From a virus: a DNA stretch of 64,000 nt. A program made the translations under genes and the position numbers. The notes beneath the pieces were generated by a model. It made no database searches. It saw only the letters and a list, made by a program, of their open reading frames with translations, and was not told the DNA's origin. The stretch's first letter is position 1. The number at the start of each line of letters is the position of its first letter. This document shows, one piece after another, positions 1 through 10,429 of the stretch. The DNA lies in IMG/VR virus record IMGVR_UViG_3300002141_000156, positions 32,001 through 96,000 of that record; one strand, 5' to 3'.

Positions 1-1111
<1,111 letters not shown>

Positions 1112-1113
1112 TA

Positions 1114-1866
1114 TCAGGGCATTTGTAACTGATAGTCTTCTACTACAGTCAACCCTGATAGTTTTAAAATTACTTGAGCAACTGCAAGAACATCCTTTTG
1201 ACAATATTCAGTGATTCGTTGGATATCTCGTTCTTTCCAAAATACATCACCGACTTCATCTCCACGAATATCATCCTTTGGTGTTTCTAAACCAAGTGAA
1301 GTAGCTAGGAGTTCTAATGAACTGAAGCCCTCTTGCCATGCACCAAAACTCCAAATTTCGGAAGTATCAATAAGTGGCATTTCCCAAGGTTTTAAATTAG
1401 TTAATTGTAATCCTTTTGGTAATGGCGTACTTGCCATGATTAATCGCTTACACATCATTGGAACATCAAATCGTTTGATATTATGTCCAGTAAATTTATA
1501 TGCAGCAAATTTAGTGAATACTGTGCTGATGCCACTAAGAACGTCGGCTTCATCAAATGAAGAATAACTCTTGATAATTAATGATGGTACTTGGCCAAGA
1601 ATTGGATCTTCGCTGAAAGTGACGCGACCAAATGATGCGCAGACAATTCTGCTAAATTCAGGAGTAAGAGCAGCTTTTGCTTCATATAACTGCTCATCGC
1701 TCATTTCTTTATTTTCATCGAATCTAGAACGAAGATAATTACATCGTTTGCTCCATAGGTCAGCCATTCTTGGATTTGCAGCATTTAATCCATCTAATGT
1801 TGGAAAAGTAGATGCTGTCTCCAGGTCAAAAAAGACCATTTTTTGTATTTCAGCGAGTGTGTACAT
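1114..1866 (-). CDS. DEDD 3'-5' exonuclease (PolB-exonuclease-like)
   Basis: ExoI FFDLET, ExoII GHNIKRFD and ExoIII YCQKD motifs. Confidence 0.88.
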   Translation of the reverse strand: MYTLAEIQKMVFFDLETASTFPTLDGLNAANPRMADLWSKRCNYLRSRFDENKEMSDEQLYEAKAALTPEFSRIVCASFGRVTFSEDPILGQVPSLIIKSYSSFDEADVLSGISTVFTKFAAYKFTGHNIKRFDVPMMCKRLIMASTPLPKGLQLTNLKPWEMPLIDTSEIWSFGAWQEGFSSLELLATSLGLETPKDDIRGDEVGDVFWKERDIQRITEYCQKDVLAVAQVILKLSGLTVVEDYQLQMP

Positions 1867-1961
1867 ATATTATTAAGGTTTAAAGAGTATAATGGGTATA
1901 TCTATACGTAATATTATTAAATTATCCAGCGCTTACTAGAGTAATTAGATTACCGGATATT

Positions 1962-2183
1962 TCATTTATTTGCTTTGTATTTTGATAATTTATAAATATT
2001 GATTATTATACATAGACTGTTCATAATTATTATAGGATTAGAATGTATTAAAATTCCATATAAAACAAAAAGTACACAAGCTATAGTATTTACGATTCTT
2101 AATGTGATAATATTTGTGAATAATATTGAAATTAGTACTACAATCATTGCAAAGTACCCAAATATTTCGATTAAATTAGTCAT
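1962..2183 (-). CDS. Small inner-membrane protein (YgjV-like)
   Basis: Three hydrophobic segments with pattern LRIVN..AC.LF..YG....PII..N. Start moved to ATG 2183. Confidence 0.6.
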   Translation of the reverse strand: MTNLIEIFGYFAMIVVLISILFTNIITLRIVNTIACVLFVLYGILIHSNPIIIMNSLCIIINIYKLSKYKANK

Positions 2184-2376
2184 TGTCTGATTCCTTCTCC
2201 TTCTTAAAATCTCCAGCGGCATCACAATTTGCTGGATATCCATGTTTTCGAATATTCCAATATCGTAAGGTACGATTATACATTTTAACTATGAATTGAA
2301 GCGGAAGTCCAATAAGAATAACGACGCCGAGCCAAGTCCAAAAATCTCTAAAAATAAAATTTAATATTTCGACCAT
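2176..2376 (-). CDS. Small membrane protein
   Basis: N-terminal TM segment (FWTWLGVVILIGL); tightly packed in the minus-strand run. Confidence 0.6.
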   Translation of the reverse strand: MVEILNFIFRDFWTWLGVVILIGLPLQFIVKMYNRTLRYWNIRKHGYPANCDAAGDFKKEKESDND

Positions 2377-2393
2377 ATGTAGTTGTGTAATTA

Positions 2394-2879
2394 CTAAGTT
2401 TTTTTATTTGTATTTAGTTTTTTTTCAATATAATCTGCAATAATTACGACAGATTCGTCGTCTATACATAAGTGATCATTTCCATTTATTTTAAGAGAAA
2501 AATCTCCATCGCTTGGATCAAGCACAATATCAGTAAGTGATATAATTGGATTATGTTTCCTTGCACGACGTTCCTCCATTTTAATTAGCATCTCTTGAAC
2601 TCCAGTATTTTTTCCCCAATTCTTTCGATCTGATGAGGTATGATTGTAATAGTGTGTTGATGTTTGAGTATTATCATGGATAGTAATGTTTAATTTACTC
2701 CAATCTTCAATTTTATCCCAGTTATTTAAGACAAATAATTTTGCACAAGCTCCAATGTTTTCAAGTGCAGCAATATGCTTTTGATATTCACTATAGAATT
2801 CGTTATCGACAAATATGCGAGACCTCCGATATCCTTCTGTAAAAACTGGGGTAAATAATTCTCCAAATATCTGTCCCAT
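2394..2879 (-). CDS. Hypothetical protein
   Basis: ORF in operon-like array; start moved to ATG 2879, adjacent to the upstream stop. Confidence 0.6.
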   Translation of the reverse strand: MGQIFGELFTPVFTEGYRRSRIFVDNEFYSEYQKHIAALENIGACAKLFVLNNWDKIEDWSKLNITIHDNTQTSTHYYNHTSSDRKNWGKNTGVQEMLIKMEERRARKHNPIISLTDIVLDPSDGDFSLKINGNDHLCIDDESVVIIADYIEKKLNTNKKT

Positions 2880-2880
2880 A

Positions 2881-3300
2881 TTACTCAGCGATTGATATTG
2901 AGTTAGTTTTACGATATTCTTGTTCTTTTGCATACATCTGATTTGCAAAACTCTCTCCTATTCCTCGCTCGATGTTATATGCAATACACGCAGCAAGCCA
3001 ATTATCATTCATTTGGCTCATCGGTACCCAAGTAAGAGGCTGTGCTCCATCTTTACCGCGACCACCACGACAGTAATTCTCACGAATAACTTCAAATGGT
3101 GCATCATCATAAATTGTTAATTCTTGATGTGGAGCAGTCACCTGAACAGATCTGCGCAAATAATCCATTCCGCCGTCTACCATATAAATCAACCCATTTT
3201 TATCTGTGTATTCTACATAATCATGTCGATGCATTGATTTTAAAAGTGTACCATCTGGGGTACGAATTTGATTTATTATTATTTGTTTTTCATTTTCCAT
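2881..3300 (-). CDS. Conserved phage hypothetical protein (SxHRHDY..VDGG motif)
   Basis: Motif common in large-phage proteins; preceded by a TATAAT-type promoter. Confidence 0.7.
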   Translation of the reverse strand: MENEKQIIINQIRTPDGTLLKSMHRHDYVEYTDKNGLIYMVDGGMDYLRRSVQVTAPHQELTIYDDAPFEVIRENYCRGGRGKDGAQPLTWVPMSQMNDNWLAACIAYNIERGIGESFANQMYAKEQEYRKTNSISIAE

Positions 3301-3374
3301 GGTATTATTATACTACTAAAAAATATTTTATTTCACTTCTTTAATCAAATAGCATTAACCAAAAGTTAATAATA

Positions 3375-3800
3375 TTAGTGTGCACGATCAGTAATTTTTT
3401 CATAAGTTTTTTGTTTTAATTTAACCGCTTCTTGAATTAAAGGGTGCTTTTGAATGTGTTGCTTATGCTTAGTCGGCTGCTTTGTTTCAAAATAAGGAAG
3501 CAGCTTCTTATATAATTGTTCAATCTCTTCAATTGTAAGATTTGCTTTCTTGGCATTAATATCGATTGTACATGCAACTACATTACCTTCAATATAACCC
3601 TTTTTGGAATCGATACGATCCACACTGAAAGCTAATTTACCCTCATCTTCAAATACCGCTTCTGTATAGAAGCAATTTGTTCTTAAGAGCAATGATTTGA
3701 CCGTTTCAAATGAAAGGTCAAATTCAATGCCTCGACTTGTTGCACTCTGTTGAAGATTAATCATCTTCTTTGCGACTTCTATGTCTGGAATTTTCTTCAT
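3375..3800 (-). CDS. HNH-like (His-Me finger) phage protein
   Basis: CFYT...SVDRIDSKKGYIEGNVVAC...N..K pattern. Confidence 0.65.
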   Translation of the reverse strand: MKKIPDIEVAKKMINLQQSATSRGIEFDLSFETVKSLLLRTNCFYTEAVFEDEGKLAFSVDRIDSKKGYIEGNVVACTIDINAKKANLTIEEIEQLYKKLLPYFETKQPTKHKQHIQKHPLIQEAVKLKQKTYEKITDRAH

Positions 3801-4321
3801 TATTGTTTATAGAATATGTTTGTGTATTTTGTTTTTAAAATAAGTTTATAATAATCAATTGTTTCTTTTCTACCGTCTGAGTGATGTTTTTTCCAGGTTT
3901 GAGGAAATTCCTTAATACCTTGTTCTATTCTTTCTTTTTTTGACTTGGTTTTATCTGTATCGTGTTCATAATATAACCATGCTTCCCAATAGTTCGATGG
4001 ATGTTCTACATTAACAATCACTGCTATTTGCCATTTAAAAAAAACAAATGATAAAACTGGTGACCATTCATGTCGATAGTCAGTGTCAGTCCACTTTGTT
4101 TTCCAACCAAGTCCACAGTAACTAAATCCTATTTTCTTAGGAACAGCTGTCATATATCCTGGTTTTTCTTTACTTTTAATCCATTTTCTAGGAAAAAAAT
4201 ATGGAACCCCAACTGCAATTTTACCACAGTAAAATTTTAATTGAAATGGCTTAAATGGTGAGAATAATGCTTTTATAAAAAGAAGCTCACGTAACTTATA
4301 TTTTAGTGTTGATATTTTCAT
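3800..4321 (-). CDS. Hypothetical protein (Trp-rich)
   Basis: 173-aa ORF with TAATG-type coupling to the next gene. Confidence 0.65.
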   Translation of the reverse strand: MKISTLKYKLRELLFIKALFSPFKPFQLKFYCGKIAVGVPYFFPRKWIKSKEKPGYMTAVPKKIGFSYCGLGWKTKWTDTDYRHEWSPVLSFVFFKWQIAVIVNVEHPSNYWEAWLYYEHDTDKTKSKKERIEQGIKEFPQTWKKHHSDGRKETIDYYKLILKTKYTNIFYKQ

Positions 4322-4349
4322 AACTTTTGTTTTTAGATAAGTATTAGTA

Positions 4350-4460
4350 CTACTTTTTCTTATTGGGTATTATATTACTCTTCTTATGATCGCTTAACCA
4401 TTTTGCTTGGTCCCGTGCTTCTTGTAGGGTAACTGGTTTTTGCTTGGATAATTGTTCCAT
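4350..4460 (-). CDS. 36-aa micro-ORF MEQLSKQKPVTLQEARDQAKWLSDHKKSNIIPNKKK
   Basis: Manual translation; fills the gap and follows a TATAAT-like element near 4492. Confidence 0.4.
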   Translation of the reverse strand: MEQLSKQKPVTLQEARDQAKWLSDHKKSNIIPNKKK

Positions 4461-4516
4461 TCCTAACTTAGCTCTTTCTGTAAAGGTTATATTATACTTC
4501 ATTAGTTCCCCCGCAT

Positions 4517-4846
4517 TTAAAAGTTTAACGTAATGGTTACTGACATTATTAATGCCCCAGATATAATTGCGGCCATTCTACTTTGTGATTCCCATATCTT
4601 TTGTTTTTCCCAATGTCCTTGTTGTCCATAAAAGGTTGATGAATTGCTTACATTGTCTGCAACCCATTTCTTTTCTGGAGTAGTTAATATTCCCGCTACA
4701 ATAAAGACTCCACCAGCAATTGCTCCTAACACAGTTGGGCTGATTTGCAGTTTATAATTTGTTTCTTTGTTAAAGGATTGTCCCTTTACATTTGTAAAAC
4801 TTAGTAAGCTACTTACTAGTAATACCATTGTGATTGTTTTTTTCAT
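4517..4846 (-). CDS. Secreted/membrane protein with signal peptide
   Basis: MKKTITMVLLVSSLLSF signal-like N-terminus plus two hydrophobic helices. Confidence 0.65.
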   Translation of the reverse strand: MKKTITMVLLVSSLLSFTNVKGQSFNKETNYKLQISPTVLGAIAGGVFIVAGILTTPEKKWVADNVSNSSTFYGQQGHWEKQKIWESQSRMAAIISGALIMSVTITLNF

Positions 4847-4898
4847 AACTTTTGTTTTATTGATATTAAGATAAGATATTCTTTTGTTATTACCAAAT

Positions 4899-5723
4899 TT
4901 AATTTAATCTTTTTAATACATCATTAATGCGCAAAACCATTTCAATTGCAACAGGTGCTGACATTAGCGCTATAAGAAAATTGTTTACATATGAGTATAC
5001 AGTTACCACACTACCTATTGTAATATTTTTTGTAGTAGTGATTAATAGTATAATGGATAGTAGTAAAAACACATACTTAATAGAGCTTACTAGAAACCAA
5101 TTCTTACCTTGTATAGTCGATTGACATATTTCTATCTTTCTTCTTCTATTAAAGAAAGATTCAGAACTTGCATATCCATTTTCAATAGACCTTGCTTTTG
5201 TTTCATAATGATTATTTGATATGTTAATGCCTTGTTTTATTTTTTTATAAAGTATAAATACTGCACTTATAATAAAAATAATCGCAAAGCTGATTAATAC
5301 ACCAACTTGCCAATTCTCTGAAAATATAAAAATAAGCGAACCAACTATGGTCACAATTGTTGCAATATAATAATGTACGTAACCTTCTAGAACATTAATA
5401 ATTTCATGCGTCATATCTGTTCTGGCTATCTTAGTTGAAACATCAACATTATCTTTCTTAAGAAATTTTAATGCTATATTCTTATAAATGTTAGTGTATA
5501 CTTTTGTATCATAAACCATTCGTTTGTAATTGAAAAAGTTTGATACAAAATAGGAAAGACCTAAAAGCACCATCCAATACCAATTACCAACAATTAATCC
5601 ATCAATACTTTTTCCAAGTAAGAATGGAGTCGATAATATAGAAAGCTCAGTGAGCAACATAAACACATATATCCATGTTAATTGATACTTGTATTGTTTA
5701 AATATAACAATAAGTTTATTCAT
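4899..5723 (-). CDS. ABC transporter six-transmembrane domain protein (no ATPase domain)
   Basis: TPFLLGKSIDGL motif and about six TM helices; start moved to ATG 5723 (MNKLIVIF). Confidence 0.75.
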   Translation of the reverse strand: MNKLIVIFKQYKYQLTWIYVFMLLTELSILSTPFLLGKSIDGLIVGNWYWMVLLGLSYFVSNFFNYKRMVYDTKVYTNIYKNIALKFLKKDNVDVSTKIARTDMTHEIINVLEGYVHYYIATIVTIVGSLIFIFSENWQVGVLISFAIIFIISAVFILYKKIKQGINISNNHYETKARSIENGYASSESFFNRRRKIEICQSTIQGKNWFLVSSIKYVFLLLSIILLITTTKNITIGSVVTVYSYVNNFLIALMSAPVAIEMVLRINDVLKRLN

Positions 5724-6024
5724 ACTCTTGTCCAAAAAATTTATAATTCTTGTGTACGGATTCTTCATCACCGGCTGCAATTGCAGTGTCTTCATCTTCA
5801 TAAATTGCGTCTGGTGGGCATTCTGTAATGCATGCTCCACAGTCTATGCATGTGCTTGGATCAATGTATAATTGTCCTCCTGGGAAAGCACTTCTGCCTT
5901 GTTTTTCAACTTCAGTACCAGATCCTTCAATGTTAATTGGTCCATGAATACAATCCACCGGACATACATTTACACATGCTGTGTCCATACAATCCACACA
6001 AGCTTTTCCTATAATGTAACTCAT
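5716..6024 (-). CDS. Dicluster (7Fe/8Fe) ferredoxin
   Basis: CVDCMDTACVNVCPVDC and CIDCGACITECP motifs. Confidence 0.93.
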   Translation of the reverse strand: MSYIIGKACVDCMDTACVNVCPVDCIHGPINIEGSGTEVEKQGRSAFPGGQLYIDPSTCIDCGACITECPPDAIYEDEDTAIAAGDEESVHKNYKFFGQEYE

Positions 6025-6030
6025 AATTTA

Positions 6031-6345
6031 TTAGTTTTTAAAGTATTTATTTTTAATTAAGTAGTTGTAAGTTCCCTTTAGGTCTTTACATATCTCTTTA
6101 CCATTGTCATCTGCTGTCATATCTTTCTTTGGCTTACCTGATATGCCGTCCTTCTCATATAGGTACCAGTTCAGCCAATCTTCTCCATGTTCTGTTAGTA
6201 TTTGTGACCACAGTAAATGAATTATTGTGTCTGTCTGTGAAAACAACTCAACAAAGTCAATTCCTAAATCATGGAGTTTGTCCAATTTCTTTGAATGAGC
6301 AATTTGTAAATCAATAATTTTTTTAAATTCTGTGTATGTGGTCAT
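6031..6345 (-). CDS. Hypothetical protein
   Basis: Tightly packed ORF with WLNWYLYE motif. Confidence 0.6.
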   Translation of the reverse strand: MTTYTEFKKIIDLQIAHSKKLDKLHDLGIDFVELFSQTDTIIHLLWSQILTEHGEDWLNWYLYEKDGISGKPKKDMTADDNGKEICKDLKGTYNYLIKNKYFKN

Positions 6346-6653
6346 TATTTTATAGTTGTTAGTTCGTAAGTTGAATTTTGTGTTTGAAATTTAGTGTATC
6401 CTTCTTTTTGATCTACTATCTCAGTAATTGCTGTTGTAAGCCAAGTGTAATTAAATCTTGGGTCTAATATCAAAGACCTTCCTATCTGAGCATCATCATA
6501 AGATTCTTTTGCAGTCCCGTCTTCATTCCATTCAACATATTGAACTTGGTATGCTGTGCGAGTTAAACCATCGTTTAATCTTTTTAATGTGTACTTTGCT
6601 TTTGGTTCTTCTCTTGGAACAACCATATTGGCATCATATTTGTTAGTTTTCAT
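6345..6653 (-). CDS. Conserved phage hypothetical protein (W.TT...F.T.NS.Y motif)
   Basis: C-terminal TWLTT...KFQTQNSTYEL pattern recurrent in large phages. Confidence 0.65.
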   Translation of the reverse strand: MKTNKYDANMVVPREEPKAKYTLKRLNDGLTRTAYQVQYVEWNEDGTAKESYDDAQIGRSLILDPRFNYTWLTTAITEIVDQKEGYTKFQTQNSTYELTTIK

Positions 6654-6668
6654 AGCTTGTTTTTTAGA

Positions 6669-7145
6669 TTAGTCCCACCACTTGTCTATGTTAGTTGCAA
6701 GGTACAAGTAAGCATCTGCTTTGTCTTTAGCATATTCTTCTCTTGCCTTTGCTAATTTAGCAGTAAATTCTTTTTTATATTTTGCTTCATCTTTTGGTGT
6801 TTTGACAAATTCTCTATCAAATAGTATTTCATGACAATGCTCACCATACTTCTCTGTTCTCATTATTCCTTTTCCCCATTTCTTATCTAACTCCTTATGT
6901 GCTGGTTGTTCATAATGCTCCCAACAATCTCTTGTGCGTTTCAATTTACTAATAGCTATTTCTATTTCATCAGCCGTCTCCCAGCTGTTAGCAAGATGAG
7001 TATCTTTAGATAAAAAGAAATCTCTTTGATGTTCTAACTTTTTAATTAAAATGTCTAGTGTAAATTCACTGTCCCAATCTTGGTCATTCCAAATGACTGG
7101 AAACCATCTAATTAAATTTTTAATTTTGCTTATTGTTGTTTTCAT
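6669..7145 (-). CDS. Conserved phage hypothetical protein (W.D.DWD...WWD)
   Basis: WFPVIWNDQDWD N-terminus and KWWD C-terminus. Confidence 0.7.
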   Translation of the reverse strand: MKTTISKIKNLIRWFPVIWNDQDWDSEFTLDILIKKLEHQRDFFLSKDTHLANSWETADEIEIAISKLKRTRDCWEHYEQPAHKELDKKWGKGIMRTEKYGEHCHEILFDREFVKTPKDEAKYKKEFTAKLAKAREEYAKDKADAYLYLATNIDKWWD

Positions 7146-7150
7146 AGTTT

Positions 7151-7420
7151 CTATCTGTTTAAGTAAATTGTGTCTCCAATTGTAAATTTCAATGAAGCAT
7201 TAAATGATGGATGTGGGATTACTATTAAACATCCACAAGGAGTAAGATATCCAATAGCTTTAGTATCATTATAAATTATTTGTTCTACAATACATGGTTT
7301 GTTTTTGTTTTCAGGCAGTGTGTAAATGTATTCATACTGCTCACAAGTATTCCAACTTGGTGCAGTCTGATATTGTCTACAGCTTACCATTAATATTAAT
7401 GCAACTATGTATTTTTTCAT
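7151..7420 (-). CDS. Putative small lipoprotein
   Basis: MKKYIVALILMVSC lipobox-like N-terminus. Confidence 0.55.
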   Translation of the reverse strand: MKKYIVALILMVSCRQYQTAPSWNTCEQYEYIYTLPENKNKPCIVEQIIYNDTKAIGYLTPCGCLIVIPHPSFNASLKFTIGDTIYLNR

Positions 7421-7629
7421 GGTTGTAGTGAATAATCTATCGCCATTATAAAGTCTCTGTTTGGGTCTCCAATTTCACCATTAGTTTGTATTAATGATGA
7501 TACTACCCAATTGGCCATTTCTTTGTTTATAGCAATGCATATTAGTTTGGTTTGAGATATTTCTCCTACGTCAGGATCTGTGTCTTGAAACCACACTTGG
7601 TACCTATTAGTATCTATCGGTTCAGTCAT
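7417..7629 (-). CDS. Hypothetical protein
   Basis: Overlap-coupled ORF. Confidence 0.55.
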   Translation of the reverse strand: MTEPIDTNRYQVWFQDTDPDVGEISQTKLICIAINKEMANWVVSSLIQTNGEIGDPNRDFIMAIDYSLQP

Positions 7630-7846
7630 TTGATGGTGTTTGTTTACTTATTAATGGCAATGCAGTCGGTATTATGAGTCGGATTGTGTCTCCCTCATTG
7701 TATTTTGAGTAAGTGTAAAGTGTTCCACCAGTGATTATCTTTTCATGTGAATTAGATAGGTCCTTTACTTCATACGTGTAACCATTTGATTCTGTCTGGC
7801 AACATAGTACTAAAAATAATTTGATTGTTGTTATTGTAGTATACAT
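7622..7846 (-). CDS. Hypothetical protein
   Basis: Overlap-coupled ORF; GDTI motif shared with the 7151 ORF. Confidence 0.55.
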   Translation of the reverse strand: MYTTITTIKLFLVLCCQTESNGYTYEVKDLSNSHEKIITGGTLYTYSKYNEGDTIRLIIPTALPLISKQTPSND

Positions 7847-7849
7847 ATT

Positions 7850-8047
7850 TTATTTTTTAAATGTTTCGTTATAGTATTGTTCTGATGTCATATTACCTTC
7901 ACTTGTAACACCTTTTGCCCAAGAGTTCATAATTTGCTCCCTCTCCATTTCTTTTGCTTGTTCAAATAATTTTTCAAAACTTACACCTTCATTTCTCCAA
8001 TGTGTGTGTAGTTGTATTGCTAACCATTCTACTACTGTTTGTTTCAT
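7850..8047 (-). CDS. MKQTAVEWL-family mini-protein
   Basis: MKQTVVEWL...QAKEMEREQI...EQYYNETFKK; paralogue of the 8049 and 10430 ORFs. Confidence 0.7.
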   Translation of the reverse strand: MKQTVVEWLAIQLHTHWRNEGVSFEKLFEQAKEMEREQIMNSWAKGVTSEGNMTSEQYYNETFKK

Positions 8048-8048
8048 A

Positions 8049-8315
8049 TTAGTTTTGTTTGTTTTTAATATAATTTACTAAACCATCTAATCCTGATGAT
8101 ATTTCAGCTTCATAGTGAAATGGTTTATTGCAGTTGGGTAATTCTTTATCTTTATATTCTTTAATTAGTAATAAAAAAGCATTAACTATCTGCTCCTTCT
8201 CCATTGCTTTGGCATGTTGAACAATATCTTTAATTATATCCCATTTATCCATTGGAATAAAATCTATCTTTTGATTTAGTTCATTAACGAGCCATTCAAC
8301 TGCTGTTTGTTTCAT
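8049..8315 (-). CDS. MKQTAVEWL-family mini-protein
   Basis: MKQTAVEWL...AKAMEKEQI. Confidence 0.7.
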   Translation of the reverse strand: MKQTAVEWLVNELNQKIDFIPMDKWDIIKDIVQHAKAMEKEQIVNAFLLLIKEYKDKELPNCNKPFHYEAEISSGLDGLVNYIKNKQN

Positions 8316-8316
8316 A

Positions 8317-8604
8317 TTAGTCTTGTTTGTTTAGTGAGTTGATAAATACTTTTAAATTATCCTCTGCATGAGTTCTATTTTCAGAAACTTGATTAAATGG
8401 CACTTTCATAATTCCACTAATGTAGCAGTAAGTATCAAAAGCAAATTTAATCATATCTTCCTCTGTGTATTTCTTATCAGCCATATCGTGTAATAATTTA
8501 TGTATGGTTTCAACCTTATCACTCACTTCCCAACAAAGTGATTCTATACATTGAGCATCTGTTTTGTTTGGGAACGCTTCTTTATACTTTTTATATCTTT
8601 CCAT
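8317..8604 (-). CDS. Hypothetical mini-protein (YTEEDM...SLNKQD)
   Basis: Packed ORF with the shared C-terminal junction motif. Confidence 0.65.
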   Translation of the reverse strand: MERYKKYKEAFPNKTDAQCIESLCWEVSDKVETIHKLLHDMADKKYTEEDMIKFAFDTYCYISGIMKVPFNQVSENRTHAEDNLKVFINSLNKQD

Positions 8605-8637
8605 TAGTCTTGTTTGTTTAGTGATTATATGTTGATT

Positions 8638-8805
8638 TTAATCTGGTAATTTATCCCAGTTGCCTGAAACTAAGTGCCAAGTAAAAAGACCTATGGTGTC
8701 TAACCAACCTATATTCTTATTCTCCCATAGCCAAATCCAAGTTCCCACAATTAGTGGGACTGGAAAGATTGCTAAACCTATAATTATTCTAAATGTCTGT
8801 TTCAT
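8638..8805 (-). CDS. 55-aa membrane mini-protein MKQTFRIIIGLAIFPVPLIVGTWIWLW...
   Basis: Manual translation; ATGA overlap with the stop of the phosphoesterase; below the track length cutoff. Confidence 0.6.
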   Translation of the reverse strand: MKQTFRIIIGLAIFPVPLIVGTWIWLWENKNIGWLDTIGLFTWHLVSGNWDKLPD

Positions 8806-9482
8806 ATTTCAAATGTATTTCCGTGACTGCTTAATTTTCCAAACTTACCATCAGTTACTACACTTCCATTACTGTAAATTGTATCGTGGTTTGACAGTTT
8901 CATTGTTCCAGCATTGATGATGTCTTCATTGTTGTGAATGTGTCCAAACAAGCATAGTTTAGGATTTAAAAGATACACGCGTTTTCTTAATGCCTCATCT
9001 CCACAAAATTCTATATAATTTAACTGGTGATAAGCCAAGTCTAATATTCCTTTAGGTGGTCCATGTACAACCACAATGTCAACATCATCTGGAATTTCTT
9101 TCCATATGTCATGTAAAGCACTTCTCTTCTTGTTAAATGCCCATCCTTGACCAAATGAAGGTGTAAATGGAGAGCCCCATATTTTTAAACCCTCTACTTC
9201 AGCATAGTCATTTTCTAAGTAGACAATTCCATTTTTCATGAAGTCAATTTTTGTAACAAGATTTCTTTCAATGCATAAATCATGGTTTCCAGCAACAAAT
9301 ACTTTGTGCTTGATAGGCAGTGAACCAAACCAGGAGATAAAGTTTAACATTTCTTGTTCACTTGCATAAGGGTCTCTTGGATTAGTTGCATCACCACTAT
9401 GAATTACCATATCTATTCCTTCAGGTACTTTTAACAGTCCGTGGTAGGTGTGGGTGTCACTTATGTGCCAAATTTTGATCAT
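8802..9482 (-). CDS. Calcineurin-like metallophosphoesterase
   Basis: DTH, GD, GNHD, HGPP and GHIH motifs. Confidence 0.92.
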   Translation of the reverse strand: MIKIWHISDTHTYHGLLKVPEGIDMVIHSGDATNPRDPYASEQEMLNFISWFGSLPIKHKVFVAGNHDLCIERNLVTKIDFMKNGIVYLENDYAEVEGLKIWGSPFTPSFGQGWAFNKKRSALHDIWKEIPDDVDIVVVHGPPKGILDLAYHQLNYIEFCGDEALRKRVYLLNPKLCLFGHIHNNEDIINAGTMKLSNHDTIYSNGSVVTDGKFGKLSSHGNTFEI

Positions 9483-9514
9483 TGTCTAACTATATAATAA
9501 ATTATTTTGTAATA

Positions 9515-9889
9515 CTAATAATTCAACCACTTATTCTCTATTAATGTTCCTATAAACACTGTTAGTTGTGCAATTTCAGACTTGTTAAGCATGTCAGATA
9601 CCTCAGCTAATGCCTCTTTGTCACCGTCAAACACCAGCTTCATCCATTCATTACTGTCCCAATGTTCAAATTCTTTTGTAATTTTGTTTGTGTATTTAAT
9701 GTCAACACTACTCTTAAAAAAGATTTCATTGTTGTAATCTGTGTACATTCGAGATGCTTCAAACATACATTGGTCTAGTTCAAGAAGACATTGTTGAGTG
9801 TAAAGTAAATCTTGTGGTTCTGTCTGTGCTGGTATTTCTTCTTTAACATACCAAGTTCCATTTATTTGTATTCTGTCTTCTGCTTTCAT
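9515..9889 (-). CDS. Hypothetical protein
   Basis: Packed ORF. Confidence 0.6.
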   Translation of the reverse strand: MKAEDRIQINGTWYVKEEIPAQTEPQDLLYTQQCLLELDQCMFEASRMYTDYNNEIFFKSSVDIKYTNKITKEFEHWDSNEWMKLVFDGDKEALAEVSDMLNKSEIAQLTVFIGTLIENKWLNY

Positions 9890-10428
9890 AGTTTTTCTAT
9901 TTCTTTTTTAACTTCAGTCCAATAGTCATATCTTATCATTAAGTCTTGACTATATAGTATTTTTTTAATTTCGTCAACCATAACTAAGACACACTGCTTA
10001 GCTTCATTATAATCTAGTGACTTAACTTTAATTTGATAATCAACAATTAACTCAGATGCTCTTTCTCTTGGTAATGTATTCCAGTCTTCAGTGTGTTCAT
10101 AAGCTCCATCAGGACCAATTTGAAAATCATCTGAAACATATGGTTCATTTTCCAAACCATCCATTAAAGTTACGTCCCAATCTTTTAATTCAGCTTCTTC
10201 AGGTGTAAGTATCTTAGCGTATTTAGGAAAGTGATCAGGTCCGCTGTTATCATAATCAGTGACTATTTCAAAATCTACTACTAATCCTTCATTCGAGTCA
10301 TACAACTTTAGTCCATCTATATTGCCATTGTCTACTAATGGTAGTGAGTTTTGATTTTTGTTTATACCTGTCCCTTCATCATAAATTACTATCCATCCTT
10401 GTTCTGTTTTATGCAGTGTTCCTTTCAT
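9886..10428 (-). CDS. Hypothetical protein of mosaic appearance
   Basis: Start moved to ATG 10428 (MKGTLHK); C-terminus AKQC...YWTEVKKEIEKL. Confidence 0.6.
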   Translation of the reverse strand: MKGTLHKTEQGWIVIYDEGTGINKNQNSLPLVDNGNIDGLKLYDSNEGLVVDFEIVTDYDNSGPDHFPKYAKILTPEEAELKDWDVTLMDGLENEPYVSDDFQIGPDGAYEHTEDWNTLPRERASELIVDYQIKVKSLDYNEAKQCVLVMVDEIKKILYSQDLMIRYDYWTEVKKEIEKL

Positions 10429-10429
10429 A

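Noticed and set aside
4894-4901. Bacteroidota -7 promoter element TAAATTTG (minus strand)
   Set aside because: Single match without a correctly spaced -33 TTTG; too weak in AT-rich DNA to call.
1211-8917. Plus-strand ORFs in the early block (1211, 1999, 2920, 3096, 4927, 5689, 5872, 6129, 6458, 8660)
   Set aside because: Antisense shadows of well-supported minus-strand genes, with no recognisable motifs.
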